The notes beneath the pieces are model-generated. The model searched no databases. It was not told the origin of the DNA and worked only from the letters and a program-made list of their open reading frames with translations. Below are positions 12,438 to 22,038 of a stretch of 64,000 nucleotides of DNA, one piece after another; within the stretch, counting starts at the first letter, position 1; each line of letters begins with the position of its first letter. This stretch comes from an uncultured Planctomycetota bacterium (GTDB lineage Bacteria; Planctomycetota; Planctomycetia; Isosphaerales; Isosphaeraceae), in NCBI GenBank assembly GCA_963823665.1, contig CAWGMQ010000004.1, forward strand, positions 1,120,001 through 1,184,000. Direction: 5' to 3'. A program made the translations under genes and the position numbers.

Positions 12438-15400
12438 ATGTTCAGGAACGCGAAGGTAGGGACTGCCGTGCGCCATGGCAGGCTCCGCCGCGGCAGAAAG
12501 CCCGCACTCGAAACGCTCGAATCGCGGCGGCTACTTACGCTATTCACTCAAGAGGATTACCTCATTGCGACCGATTTCATTCAGGAATTCACGAACGGAG
12601 ATTTCCAGCAGCAGGTCGAGACGCCGGCTCCGTTTTCGACGTCGTTTCAGGACTCGTATAGTGACTCAGACGGCGCGGCTTCCGTTTCCGTTTCCCAAAC
12701 CGTGAGCACCTCTCCCGAGGCGCCGGACGGTGTCCAGAAGGGGACGATGAGCTTCAGCGACGCCGAGTCGGCCAGTTCAACCGGCCTTTCTGAAGACGAC
12801 GCCTACGGCTCTGAATATGCCACGCTCTGGTCGCTCGCATTCACGGCCCAGGCGAATGGTACGTTCACGCTCAATTACTCTGCGACGGCCCAGAACCTGA
12901 GCCCACTCGACGGCGACATCGAAATCATTGGTGCCTACAATACTGGAAATGGCAGCTATCAGATCCAGAAAGGCGCCGGCGCGGGCACCTACTCGCAGCC
13001 GGTCACGGCCGGTGTCCTGTACACGTTCGATTTCTCGGCCGGAAGCGAGCAGGGCTTCGGCAACCCAGACGTCGACCCAAGCCTCGAACCGGGAAGCGGG
13101 AGCGACTCTGCTTCCGGGCAGGTCCAGTGGGAACTCGACCTGGACCAGCCCCGCATCACCCCGTCTCTCAGCTTCGATGACGAGTCGGGCGGGGTGGACG
13201 TTGGCTACACGATCAGCCAGGCGGACCTGCCCGCGGCGACGACGGTCAACCTCTACTGGGCCTCCGGGACCACGCCCGACACCGAGATCGGCGGACCGCT
13301 CGCGAGCATCACGACGGACACAGCGCAGGGAAGCTATGACTCTCCGCAACCGGCTTCCATCCTCGACAACCCGCCCGACGGCGCGAAGTACCTGATCACC
13401 GTCGCCGACCCCGACAACGCGGTCACCCCGGCCGACCCGAGCAAGTACGTGTCCCTCCCGCTGCCGGCGATCCAGGCGAACTCCGTCGATTGGACACACG
13501 GCGGTGGGGCGGACCTCAGCTACTCGATCACCGGCTCCGACCTGCTGCAGGCCACGACCGTTGCGCTATACTGGGCTCCGACTGAGACGTTCGACCCCGC
13601 TGACGACACCCTCGCCTACAGCACGTCGACCCAGACGGCGCTGGGCACATACTCGCTGCACGTGACCCCCGATGATTTCTTGAGCGGTCCGAACTGGAAT
13701 GACAGCCAGGACCAGTACTTGCTGGAGGTGGTCAACCCCGACAATTCCGTTGTCGAGTCCGACACCTCCGACAATGTTGCGGGTGTCCTTTACCTGCCGG
13801 AGTGGACCGGCCAGGGCTCGGATGACCTCTGGAGCGACGGCGATAACTGGCTCGGGGGCTTCGATCCCCCGGCGGGGGCCGACCTCTTGTTCCCGAGCGA
13901 CGGAGAGCAGCAAACGAACGACAATGATCTCGGGTTTACCTTCGACTCGGTGACCTTCGCGGGCGGCAACTACGATGTCTCCGGTCAAACGCTGTCGACT
14001 TCCGGCATACTCGATTTCCAGGCGGGGTCGACCGAGCTCGACTGCTCGGCAACCACCGCGGGCCCGACCACGGTTGATGCAGGCGCGAGCCTGACGATCG
14101 GAGCCGATTCGACTCTGAACGTTCTGAGCACCGACCCATTCAACATCAACGGGAACGTTTCCCTGTTCGGTAATTGTGACATTGCGGGCGATGCTTCAGA
14201 GGGGAGCACGGGCAAGTTGAATGCGGGCGTCAGTGCCTACTGCTCACTGGAAGCCAACAGCACCTTGAACGTTGACGGCGAAGTGACGCTTGACGACGGG
14301 AGCGTTTTTTCGGCATACAGTAACACGACGCTGAACTTCGGTGCCACCGCGACGGCCAGCCTGAACGGCACCGCGACGTTCATGCCCTCGTCCCATGTGA
14401 ACCTGCTTCCCAAGACGACCTTGAATACGTCCGGGAGCCTGACGCTGCAAACGTCGAGCAACTGGAACGAGAGTTTCGGCGCGATGTGGACTGCGGAATC
14501 CGGTAGCAACGCCTACGTCCATGGCAACATGAGCAGCTCGGGTACCTGCCAAATCGACGCTGGTGCCAACATCTATCAGTATTCCGGGAGTCAAGCGTCC
14601 TTCAATGGCGTGCTCGACTGCAATGGCAATTACAACATGGTTGCCGGCGCCAGTTCTGGCAGTGGAGCGATGGTGACACTTGGTGCCTCGGGAAACGTGA
14701 AAAATGGCGGCAATTGGAACATCGGCCTCTACGACACGCTGATTGATGCTGGTTCCTTCCAGTCGGGCGTTGGTGCCACTTTCAACAACCAAGGCCACGT
14801 TTCGGTCCTTGCGACCGCGACATGGAACGTGGGCCCGGGCGCCACGGCAAAAGACGGAGACTCGATTACCGTGGCGGCCGGGGCCACGCTGGACATCGGC
14901 GGCACGCTGACGGAGGGTACCGGAGGCTTCTTGGACGATTTCGGAGCCGTGACGATTGAGCCGGCGGGAGTCGTCGTCGACGACAGTACCGTCACGGTTG
15001 AAGCCGGCGCTGGTTTCAACGTCCTGGGCACACTCACGATCGGTGCCGGCGGCTCCTTCAACGTCGCCCCGGGGGCACTTTACACGGTCGTCACCATCGA
15101 CGCGATCAACCCCGTCGCGCCCAACCCGCGGAACACGCCGGTCGCGGCGGTGGACGTCACCTTCAACGAGGCGGTCGACGCGTCGAGCTTCTCCTCGGCC
15201 GCGGTCGCGCTCGCCGACGACGGCCAGCCCGTCGCCGTCTCCGGCCTCAGGCTGTCGCCGGTCTCGGGCGATACCTACGCAATCCAGGGCCTGACCGCCT
15301 TCACCGGGGCCGACGGGAGCTACACCCTGACGCTGAACGCCGCCGACGTCCAAGATCAAAACGGTATCGCCGGCAGCGGCTCACAATCGACCTCGTGGGT

Positions 15401-16649
15401 GATGGACACGACGCCGCCGACGAGCAAGGTCAATCTGCTTCCACAGCGCGGCAGGAGCCTGACCTTCCCCGTCTCGGTCACCGGCTCCGACGGCGGTTCG
15501 CCCACCTCCGGCGTCGTCTCGTATGCGATCTACTCATCGACCAGCGGCGGCCCGTGGAGCCTATGGACCACGGTCCCCGCCTCGAACCCGACGGCCAGCT
15601 TCACCGGCCAGAGCAACACGACCTACGCCTTTTACAGCATCGCGCACGACCTGGCCGGTAACACTGAAGTCAAGACGCCCACGATCGAAGCGAGCACCTA
15701 CCTGGGAAACCTGACACCGCCTGTCACGGTGGTTGACGGCACCACCGGGATCAATCCCAGCACCGTAAATACGACCACCGGCACATTCACACTGAATCTG
15801 ACTGGAAGAGATCCCGGCGGCGGTGCCGTTACCTACTTCGAGGTCTTGGTGTCGATCGATTCCGGCGCATTCAACCTCGCGGCGGCACCAATACCCGCTG
15901 GACCGCCCGACGCCTCGGGAAATGTCCACACGACCATCCCCTATCAGGGCCTCACCGACGGCATCCAGCACACCTACGCGTTCTACAGCATCGGGCTTGA
16001 CACCGCCGGCAACATGCAGTCGGCACCAGGTGCTCCCAATCTGATTCTCAGCGAGACGTTCGCGAGTGCGGTGCCCTCGCAGCTCCAGACGACGAGCTTC
16101 GTCGTTGAGAACGGCGCCGTTGAGCGGTCCTACATTCGCTACCTGCAAGTTGGATTCAACGAGTCCGACACGCAGTCTGGCGGCGAGCTCACGCAGATCG
16201 TCAATTCCCTCGGGACCGCATCTCCCGAGATCCAGCTCTACAAATACGACCTGAACGACGACGCCGCGAGCAAGACGGCCGTGTCGCTCTCGAGCGCGAA
16301 CGTCAAGGTTCTTGAGCACGCGATCGAGCTCGACTTCGGTGCCGGCGGCCTGGGCGGCAGCCCCAACACGACAACCGCCGATGGTTATTACGAGCTCGAC
16401 GTCAAGCTTCCCAGCGGAGCGACCGCGGTGCACCACTTCTACCGCTTGCTCGGGGACGTCACCGGTGATGGCACGGTGGACAACAACGATTTGAATGAAA
16501 TCGCGGCCGAGATCAATCTGTCGAACCCGAGCGGGCTAGCTCCGCTCGGGGCCGACGTCAACGGCGACGGCACCCTATCTGCGCTCGACCTGACGCTGGC
16601 GACCCGGGCGAAGGGACACAAGCTGAATTATGGGCTTTCCCTGGGATGA
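12438..16649 (+). CDS. Large exported/surface protein: planctomycete N-terminal motif, tandem Ig/CARDB-like domains, beta-helix-like region, C-terminal dockerin-like domain
   Basis: 1403-aa ORF with RRGRKPALETLESRRLL, WTGQGSDDLWSDGDNW, G/T/N-rich repeats, DTTPPTS Ig-like domains and GDVTGDGTVDNND...ADVNGDGTLSALD. Confidence 0.85.
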   Translation: MFRNAKVGTAVRHGRLRRGRKPALETLESRRLLTLFTQEDYLIATDFIQEFTNGDFQQQVETPAPFSTSFQDSYSDSDGAASVSVSQTVSTSPEAPDGVQKGTMSFSDAESASSTGLSEDDAYGSEYATLWSLAFTAQANGTFTLNYSATAQNLSPLDGDIEIIGAYNTGNGSYQIQKGAGAGTYSQPVTAGVLYTFDFSAGSEQGFGNPDVDPSLEPGSGSDSASGQVQWELDLDQPRITPSLSFDDESGGVDVGYTISQADLPAATTVNLYWASGTTPDTEIGGPLASITTDTAQGSYDSPQPASILDNPPDGAKYLITVADPDNAVTPADPSKYVSLPLPAIQANSVDWTHGGGADLSYSITGSDLLQATTVALYWAPTETFDPADDTLAYSTSTQTALGTYSLHVTPDDFLSGPNWNDSQDQYLLEVVNPDNSVVESDTSDNVAGVLYLPEWTGQGSDDLWSDGDNWLGGFDPPAGADLLFPSDGEQQTNDNDLGFTFDSVTFAGGNYDVSGQTLSTSGILDFQAGSTELDCSATTAGPTTVDAGASLTIGADSTLNVLSTDPFNINGNVSLFGNCDIAGDASEGSTGKLNAGVSAYCSLEANSTLNVDGEVTLDDGSVFSAYSNTTLNFGATATASLNGTATFMPSSHVNLLPKTTLNTSGSLTLQTSSNWNESFGAMWTAESGSNAYVHGNMSSSGTCQIDAGANIYQYSGSQASFNGVLDCNGNYNMVAGASSGSGAMVTLGASGNVKNGGNWNIGLYDTLIDAGSFQSGVGATFNNQGHVSVLATATWNVGPGATAKDGDSITVAAGATLDIGGTLTEGTGGFLDDFGAVTIEPAGVVVDDSTVTVEAGAGFNVLGTLTIGAGGSFNVAPGALYTVVTIDAINPVAPNPRNTPVAAVDVTFNEAVDASSFSSAAVALADDGQPVAVSGLRLSPVSGDTYAIQGLTAFTGADGSYTLTLNAADVQDQNGIAGSGSQSTSWVMDTTPPTSKVNLLPQRGRSLTFPVSVTGSDGGSPTSGVVSYAIYSSTSGGPWSLWTTVPASNPTASFTGQSNTTYAFYSIAHDLAGNTEVKTPTIEASTYLGNLTPPVTVVDGTTGINPSTVNTTTGTFTLNLTGRDPGGGAVTYFEVLVSIDSGAFNLAAAPIPAGPPDASGNVHTTIPYQGLTDGIQHTYAFYSIGLDTAGNMQSAPGAPNLILSETFASAVPSQLQTTSFVVENGAVERSYIRYLQVGFNESDTQSGGELTQIVNSLGTASPEIQLYKYDLNDDAASKTAVSLSSANVKVLEHAIELDFGAGGLGGSPNTTTADGYYELDVKLPSGATAVHHFYRLLGDVTGDGTVDNNDLNEIAAEINLSNPSGLAPLGADVNGDGTLSALDLTLATRAKGHKLNYGLSLG

Positions 16650-16960
16650 TCGACATCCCGCCCGGAAGAGGCGGCCGCGAGCTTCCGGAGTCGTGCCAGC
16701 TCATGCTCGCCGGCACAAAGAGCCCAGAAAGGCTGCTCGGGCGTCCTCCGCGGTCGGACCGACCCCCGCCGCGCCCAGTTGGCGAGCTTCCCGACCATGA
16801 TCGGCATGGATTCTGCCAGTCTCGGCAGCCACCATTCGTGCGGACGGAGCTGCTTCGTATGCGCCTCCAATCGCGCCGGGTCAGCTCCGCCTGGATGCCG
16901 CCGACCGTCGCGCAAGCAAATGTCGGACTTGACGTGGCCGAGCGTTCATCGGGCTTTTAA
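16650..16960 (-). pseudogene. Probable remnant of the C-terminus of a large serine recombinase
   Basis: Fragments QVRHLLARR and HEWWLPRLA...KLANWARRG...WALCAGEHELARLRKL resemble recombinase-family C-termini as I recall them; no catalytic domain is present. Confidence 0.4.
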
Positions 16961-17235
16961 AGCGTGGCGTGCTCCCGCCAGCCAGGCGGTTGCTGACGGG
17001 CGGGTGACCGTTCGGTTTGGCGTGGGCGGACCGTCGTAAACGCACCGCGGGGGGTGGATGGGAGCCACGGGAAGCCGTGTGAAAGTGGTGGTGGGTTTCA
17101 GCCATCCTACCATGACGCTGGCGCCGGTGTACGAGGTTGTTCGTGCGGTTCGATGAATTGACCTGCCATGCAGCCAGATTCGCTCGACCAAGGTGAGGTT
17201 TTCATCACCGCGCCGGTGGTGGTCTTTGCGTAGTC

Positions 17236-17367
17236 GGCTGGCCGACAGGAGTGTCGGCCGTATGCGGTTGCGGTGGGCTACAGGTCCGGCAGTCGTACGG
17301 TTTCGGGCTGGACAATGCGTGTGGCGGTCCTGTCGTTTCTGGCTGGCCGACAGGAGTGTTGGCCGTA
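17236..17367. repeat. Two REP-like hairpins GGCCGACAGGAGTGTYGGCC, 105 bp apart
   Basis: ggctggccgacaggagtgtcggccgta at 17236 and ggctggccgacaggagtgttggccgta at 17341. Confidence 0.75.
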
Positions 17368-17670
17368 CGGGTTGGCATGGGCTTGACGGGGAGCTGCCGT
17401 TCGTTCTGCGCAACCGGCGCGCGCGGTTTGACCTGTTTCCCGGTTTCGTGCCGGGGTGTGCGGATTTTGGGGGTTACGCAAGGGCGAGATTCTGGGGGAA
17501 GTTTTTGAAAGCGGCGATTTGGACTTTATATTGCTGAGTGAATGGTGATGCGGCCTTGATAAGAGAGGCTGCCCCTCTAATTACACATAGTTTTCACGTT
17601 TCTGAGTACTCGGTCGATTGCGGGCGGAACTTCGGGAGGCTCGCGAGACAGATAGGGTCATGGTGATGCG

Positions 17671-19947
17671 ATGAGTGTGCAGCAGGGTGCGGCGTTTGTC
17701 GGAATGAACGATCAGCGGGCTTCGACCGGCAAGGGGTCGCGGTTCAACGCGGTTAAACATGGGCTCACGGCGAAGACGCCGGTTTTGCCGGGGGAGGATC
17801 CGGCGGAGCTTCAGGCGAAGATCGATGAGTACACAAGGAGTCATCAGGTTCGAAATCAAGCCGAGGCCGATCTGGCCAAGCTGGCGGCGATGGCTTGCTG
17901 GCGAGCCGAGCGTGCTAACCGTCTCGAAGTTAATCGCGTGACGGGCGACATCGTGCGGCGATCGCGGGCGCATGCGGCTCAGGAGACGCTGGCGGCAGAG
18001 GGGCTCGGCGACCGCTTGCTCTTTGACCGCAGGGGACCGTCGCAACTTTATCCGTCGCGGGACTACGAGCACAAGGAGCCGCGGACCTCCGATTCGGGGG
18101 TTGCCGATGACCCGGATAAGCCGCGCAGGCTGGTCATCCAGCTTGAAGCGACGCGCGCCGGCCGACGCTGGCTGCTGGACCGCTTGGACGAGGTGAGGAA
18201 GCCGATTGATTCGGGAGAGGGCTGGCTCTCCTGTCAGAAACTCAAGGCCATCCGGTTGCTGGGCAAGCAGCCGCTCGACGCGCTCTTTGATCGAGAGGCC
18301 GCCTTGGTGTTCCTTGCGAGCCATGCCATCAGGCCGGCCTTCAAGTCCGCCTTCCGCGAGCTACGGTGCGAGATCCACTATGATCGGGTCAAGTTTCATG
18401 AGGGACAGCTCTCGCGCCCGGAGCTACGCTCGCTCACGCCGGCGAATGCGGCGGCTGGACGGGCCGTGCTGCTGGCGATCATTGACCAGGCGATTGAGCG
18501 GCTGTGGAGGCTCGAAGCCGAGCACGGGGAAGGCGACGAGATTCTCGAGATGGTCGAAACTAACGCTGTGAGCGATGCTGAGGCCAAGAACGTCGGGCAG
18601 ATTCAGCGTCATCTTGAGAGCTCCAACCGGCTGGTGATTCGGAACCTCGAGACCATCAAGAGATGGCACCGCTGGGAGGACGACGGGTGGGGGAAGGCCC
18701 GGCGGGAGCGAGAGAAGCTGAGAGAGCAAGCACGACGCGGCCATATGCACGATCTGCGGTTTGTGCTCGACGAGCGTGGGACGGTTCGCGATGCCCAGGG
18801 CTATGATGGCGACCTCGAGGCGGGACTGGCTCGCTGGAAGGCGGAGCGTGGGCGGCAACCTTGTGAGGATCCGTATGACCGTGCGGCTGGCGCCGGCGGC
18901 GAGAGCTATACACGTGGCATCCCGAGTGATGTGAGCGCGAAGCCTGAACAGTGGCGGAGCCAGGGCCAGGCGGAAGCTAGCACCGATCGGCCGCGCGATT
19001 CGGCCGCGAGGGATGGCAACGATCAGGAGGGGCCCGGGGCGACGCAGGCGGTTGAGGCGACGGATGACGGAGCGTTGAATCAGGACGCCGTGGCCGCGGC
19101 GGAAAGCCGGGATGGGGCCACGGATTTGGGACAGGCTGGGCTGAACGATTTCGTTCCCTTAACCCTTACGGGACAAGAGCCCGCGACGAATATACAAAAC
19201 GAAATCGACGGGTTGGAAATGGATGGCGATGGGGGCGAGAAGGGGGCGGGTGATCGCGTGGGTGGTGCGGACGATCTGGGTGCATGTGAGTCGGCGGGAA
19301 CTGATCTCGGGGACGACGGGGGGCAAGAGGAGACCTGCGGTCGGGGGGACGGCGGGGTCGGAGACCCGCGCCGAACTGCTACGCACGCGGACGACGGGGG
19401 GCAAGAGGAGACCTGCGGTCGGGGGGACGGCGGGGTCGGAGACCCGCGCCGAACTGCTACGCACGCGGACGGCGGGGGGCAAGAGGAGACCTGCGGTCGG
19501 GGGGACGGCGGGGTCAGAGTCCCGCGACGAACGGTGAGCGAATTCGTTCCCTTAACCCTTATAGGACAAGAGCCCGCGACGAATATACAAAACGAAATCG
19601 TGGGCGAGCAACCAAGACACTTAGTGGGCGACCGGCCGATCGAGAATTTGGAGGCCGGGGAACAGGAAGGCGGCGAGACGGGCTGTCAGAAGGAGGTCGA
19701 GGGAGATGATCTACGGGCGCCTTTGCCTGAGGAGGGTTGTGTTGTGCCGCCTCGGGCGCCGAAGCCGGTTTCCAAGCGGGAGAGACGACGGCGCCGTCGT
19801 GAGATGGCGAGGAAGGAGCATGAGCGCCGGCGCGGGGTGATACAGAAAGGACCCGATGTTTCGGTGGACGAGATGCTCGACGGCGTCGAGCGGAAGTTGC
19901 CGAACTCGGTCGCGTTTCTTCGGAAGCACATGCCGCGGTCGCCGTGA
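17671..19947 (+). CDS. Conserved planctomycete hypothetical protein (SRFNAVKHGL family) with a repeat-containing disordered C-terminus
   Basis: 758-aa ORF; N-terminal SRFNAVKHGLTAKTPVLPGED motif; IQNEI motif twice. Confidence 0.7.
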   Translation: MSVQQGAAFVGMNDQRASTGKGSRFNAVKHGLTAKTPVLPGEDPAELQAKIDEYTRSHQVRNQAEADLAKLAAMACWRAERANRLEVNRVTGDIVRRSRAHAAQETLAAEGLGDRLLFDRRGPSQLYPSRDYEHKEPRTSDSGVADDPDKPRRLVIQLEATRAGRRWLLDRLDEVRKPIDSGEGWLSCQKLKAIRLLGKQPLDALFDREAALVFLASHAIRPAFKSAFRELRCEIHYDRVKFHEGQLSRPELRSLTPANAAAGRAVLLAIIDQAIERLWRLEAEHGEGDEILEMVETNAVSDAEAKNVGQIQRHLESSNRLVIRNLETIKRWHRWEDDGWGKARREREKLREQARRGHMHDLRFVLDERGTVRDAQGYDGDLEAGLARWKAERGRQPCEDPYDRAAGAGGESYTRGIPSDVSAKPEQWRSQGQAEASTDRPRDSAARDGNDQEGPGATQAVEATDDGALNQDAVAAAESRDGATDLGQAGLNDFVPLTLTGQEPATNIQNEIDGLEMDGDGGEKGAGDRVGGADDLGACESAGTDLGDDGGQEETCGRGDGGVGDPRRTATHADDGGQEETCGRGDGGVGDPRRTATHADGGGQEETCGRGDGGVRVPRRTVSEFVPLTLIGQEPATNIQNEIVGEQPRHLVGDRPIENLEAGEQEGGETGCQKEVEGDDLRAPLPEEGCVVPPRAPKPVSKRERRRRRREMARKEHERRRGVIQKGPDVSVDEMLDGVERKLPNSVAFLRKHMPRSP
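19150..19600 (+). repeat. 58-bp direct repeat (19150-19207 and 19543-19600) flanking the 78-bp array
   Basis: ttcgttcccttaacccttaNNggacaagagcccgcgacgaatatacaaaacgaaatcg; 2 mismatches; offset 393. Confidence 0.9.
19311..19532 (+). repeat. In-frame 78-bp tandem repeat (~2.8 copies)
   Basis: Units at 19311, 19389 and 19467, encoding DDGGQEETCGRGDGGVGDPRRTATHA. Confidence 0.9.
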
Positions 19948-20144
19948 TTCGTTCGCGCGTGCGAGGCCCATGCGGACTTGAGGCTTTAGCGGCGGGAGCT
20001 TCGGTCAGCAGGACGCACTTTCGAGGAGCGAAAGACCCCCGGATGTTGCGGGGGATTCTTAATCCCAGATTTGCGGTACTCCAGGCGACGATGGGCTGGC
20101 ACGAATTGTCGTGTGCTTCCGAGGATTCTCACCGGAAGTGGGCG

Positions 20145-20172
20145 GAATCGTCAGGCTGAAGCCTGACCTACT
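20145..20172 (-). repeat. GTAG-family REP-like element, copy 1
   Basis: gaatcgtcaggctgaagcctgacctact (reverse: GTAG-GTCAGGCT-TC-AGCCTGAC); also at 27526, 31041 and 31102. Confidence 0.8.
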
Positions 20173-20190
20173 TTTTTCGATGCGGAGCGT

Positions 20191-21027
20191 TCATGGCGGG
20201 GTCTGGCAGTGGGCGCAGAAGTATGTGGGACGGCCGATCAGGCCTGCGATCCGGGTCTTTGTGATGGGCTGCGAGCATCTGCGGCATGGCTGACTCTCGC
20301 GGCCGTAAACCGAATTCTGGGCGAGGAAACCCCCTTCAAGACCAAGCACCGTGCGATAACCTGCGTCGAAACTTGATCCCTCGAGCGCGATTGCGGTGGC
20401 CAGTATCTCACCGATGGCCTGGTGCAACCGGCCCAATTCGCGCGAGGTGAGGGTATGAGCGCCCCGCTCGGGATGAATCTTTGAGTGATGCAACACCTCG
20501 TCCGCATAAATGTTGCCGATGCCCGCGAGCACCTTCTGGTCCATGAGCGCGGGCTTGATGCCGCGGGCGGTGCGCGAGAGCCGCTGCGCGAGCTCATGGC
20601 GGGTGATCTCCAGGGCGTCCGGGCCGTGCGAGCGGGCGAATGCGACAGAGGCTTCGGCAGCATCCGGGTACCAGCCAATTCTGCCCAGGCGCCGCGTGTC
20701 GCAATACCAGACCATGGCACCTGGCTTCTCCACGTGGAATACCAGGCGGATATGGTCTGGTCGAAGAGGCTCGCGGAGCCAAAAGCCTCCCGTCATCCTT
20801 GGCTGGATGACGATAGTTCCCCGATGTCCGGCCAGGGTCACGACGACCCACTTCCCGCGCCGCACCACGTCGACCACCGTCGCACCCCGACCGAATCGCG
20901 CGAGCTCGTCTGCGGAGCAACCGTGAACGAGTGACGCGTCAAGGACCTCGAGCCGGCGCAGACGACGTCCCTCGAGCGCGGGCCGCAGCCCGCGGACCAT
21001 CGTCTCCACCTCTGGTAACTCAGGCAT
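20191..21027 (-). CDS. mutM: Formamidopyrimidine-DNA glycosylase / AP lyase
   Basis: MPELPEVET N-terminus, RRGK, LMDQKVLAGIGNIYADE and a C-terminal CxxC...CxxCQ zinc finger. Confidence 0.95.
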   Translation of the reverse strand: MPELPEVETMVRGLRPALEGRRLRRLEVLDASLVHGCSADELARFGRGATVVDVVRRGKWVVVTLAGHRGTIVIQPRMTGGFWLREPLRPDHIRLVFHVEKPGAMVWYCDTRRLGRIGWYPDAAEASVAFARSHGPDALEITRHELAQRLSRTARGIKPALMDQKVLAGIGNIYADEVLHHSKIHPERGAHTLTSRELGRLHQAIGEILATAIALEGSSFDAGYRTVLGLEGGFLAQNSVYGRESQPCRRCSQPITKTRIAGLIGRPTYFCAHCQTPP

Positions 21028-21084
21028 GGTGAGTCCCTCCCTCAGATTCACTCTGATCCTACCCAACGAATTGCACCACCCGCC

Positions 21085-21175
21085 ACAATCCGCACGAAAA
21101 CCACCAGATTCTTTCATAATCCATCATTATCGTTGAAGTTTCTTGACAGATTGAGATGGATAGTGGAGACTAATG
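21085..21175 (+). promoter_or_regulatory. Putative promoter/operator region of the BMC operon (divergent from mutM)
   Basis: Perfect TTGACA at 21143-21148; AT-rich ATAAT-N5-ATTAT inverted motif just upstream; the -10 element is ambiguous. Confidence 0.35.
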
Positions 21176-21210
21176 GTGGAATTCCGGAAGGTTTTCGCGC
21201 AAAGGGATGT

Positions 21211-22038
21211 ATGCTCGCTGAGACTCGCCGACGCCGATTGCTGGAAATGATCACACAGCAGGGGTATGCGACCCTGGAAGAGCTGGTGCGCGGGCTTGCC
21301 GTTTCGGAGAGCACGATTCGTCGTGATCTCGAGGCGCTGGACGTTGCGGGGTCGATCAAGCGCACGCATGGTGGGGCGATCTGCGCGGGTGAGGTGCGAT
21401 CGATGCCGGCCTTTGATGACCGCACGGGCACGGCGGCCGCGGAGAAGCGGGCGATCGGCCTGGCGGCGGCGGCTTTGATCGAAGACGGGGACACGGTGCT
21501 TTTGGACGGGGGCACCACGACGCTCGAGGTGGCTCGGGCCCTGGTCGGACGGCGGGTTCAGGTGGTGACGAACAGCTTGCCGATCGCGCAGCTTCTGGCG
21601 TCGAACCAGCAGACCGAGCTGATCTTGATCGGCGGATATGTTTATCCGCGCACGGGTGTGGCGCTGGGACCGCTGGCGATCGCCACGATGGCGACAATCC
21701 GGGTCCGGCTGGCCGTGCTGGGGGCAGGTGGAATCATGCCCGAGGGCATCTACAACTCGAATTCGCTGCTGGTCGAGACCGAGCGGCAGATGATGTCGTG
21801 CGGTCAGGAGATCATGATCGTCGCCGACCACACCAAGTTTGGCCGGCTGGCGCTGGCGCGGTTGTGCAACCTGGAAGAGGTCAATCAGTTCGTGGTGGAC
21901 TCGGGCGCGAGTGAAGAGAACCGCGCGCTGCTGGAACGGACCGGCGCGGCGGTTCACCTGGCACCGGTTGTGGAAAGCCGCAGCAATGGGGCCGTGCACG
22001 AGCCGGAGAGAGCCGAGGAGTCGAGGACGCTTGCATGA
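21211..22038 (+). CDS. DeoR/GlpR family transcriptional regulator of the PV-BMC locus
   Basis: VSESTIRRDL HTH, RTHGGA, LDGGTTT, VTNSL, ADHTKFG. Confidence 0.95.
   Translation: MLAETRRRRLLEMITQQGYATLEELVRGLAVSESTIRRDLEALDVAGSIKRTHGGAICAGEVRSMPAFDDRTGTAAAEKRAIGLAAAALIEDGDTVLLDGGTTTLEVARALVGRRVQVVTNSLPIAQLLASNQQTELILIGGYVYPRTGVALGPLAIATMATIRVRLAVLGAGGIMPEGIYNSNSLLVETERQMMSCGQEIMIVADHTKFGRLALARLCNLEEVNQFVVDSGASEENRALLERTGAAVHLAPVVESRSNGAVHEPERAEESRTLA

Noticed and set aside
19311..19532. 78-bp tandem units as a CRISPR array
   Set aside because: The units are contiguous and near-identical with no unique spacers, they lie in frame within a CDS, and there are no cas genes.
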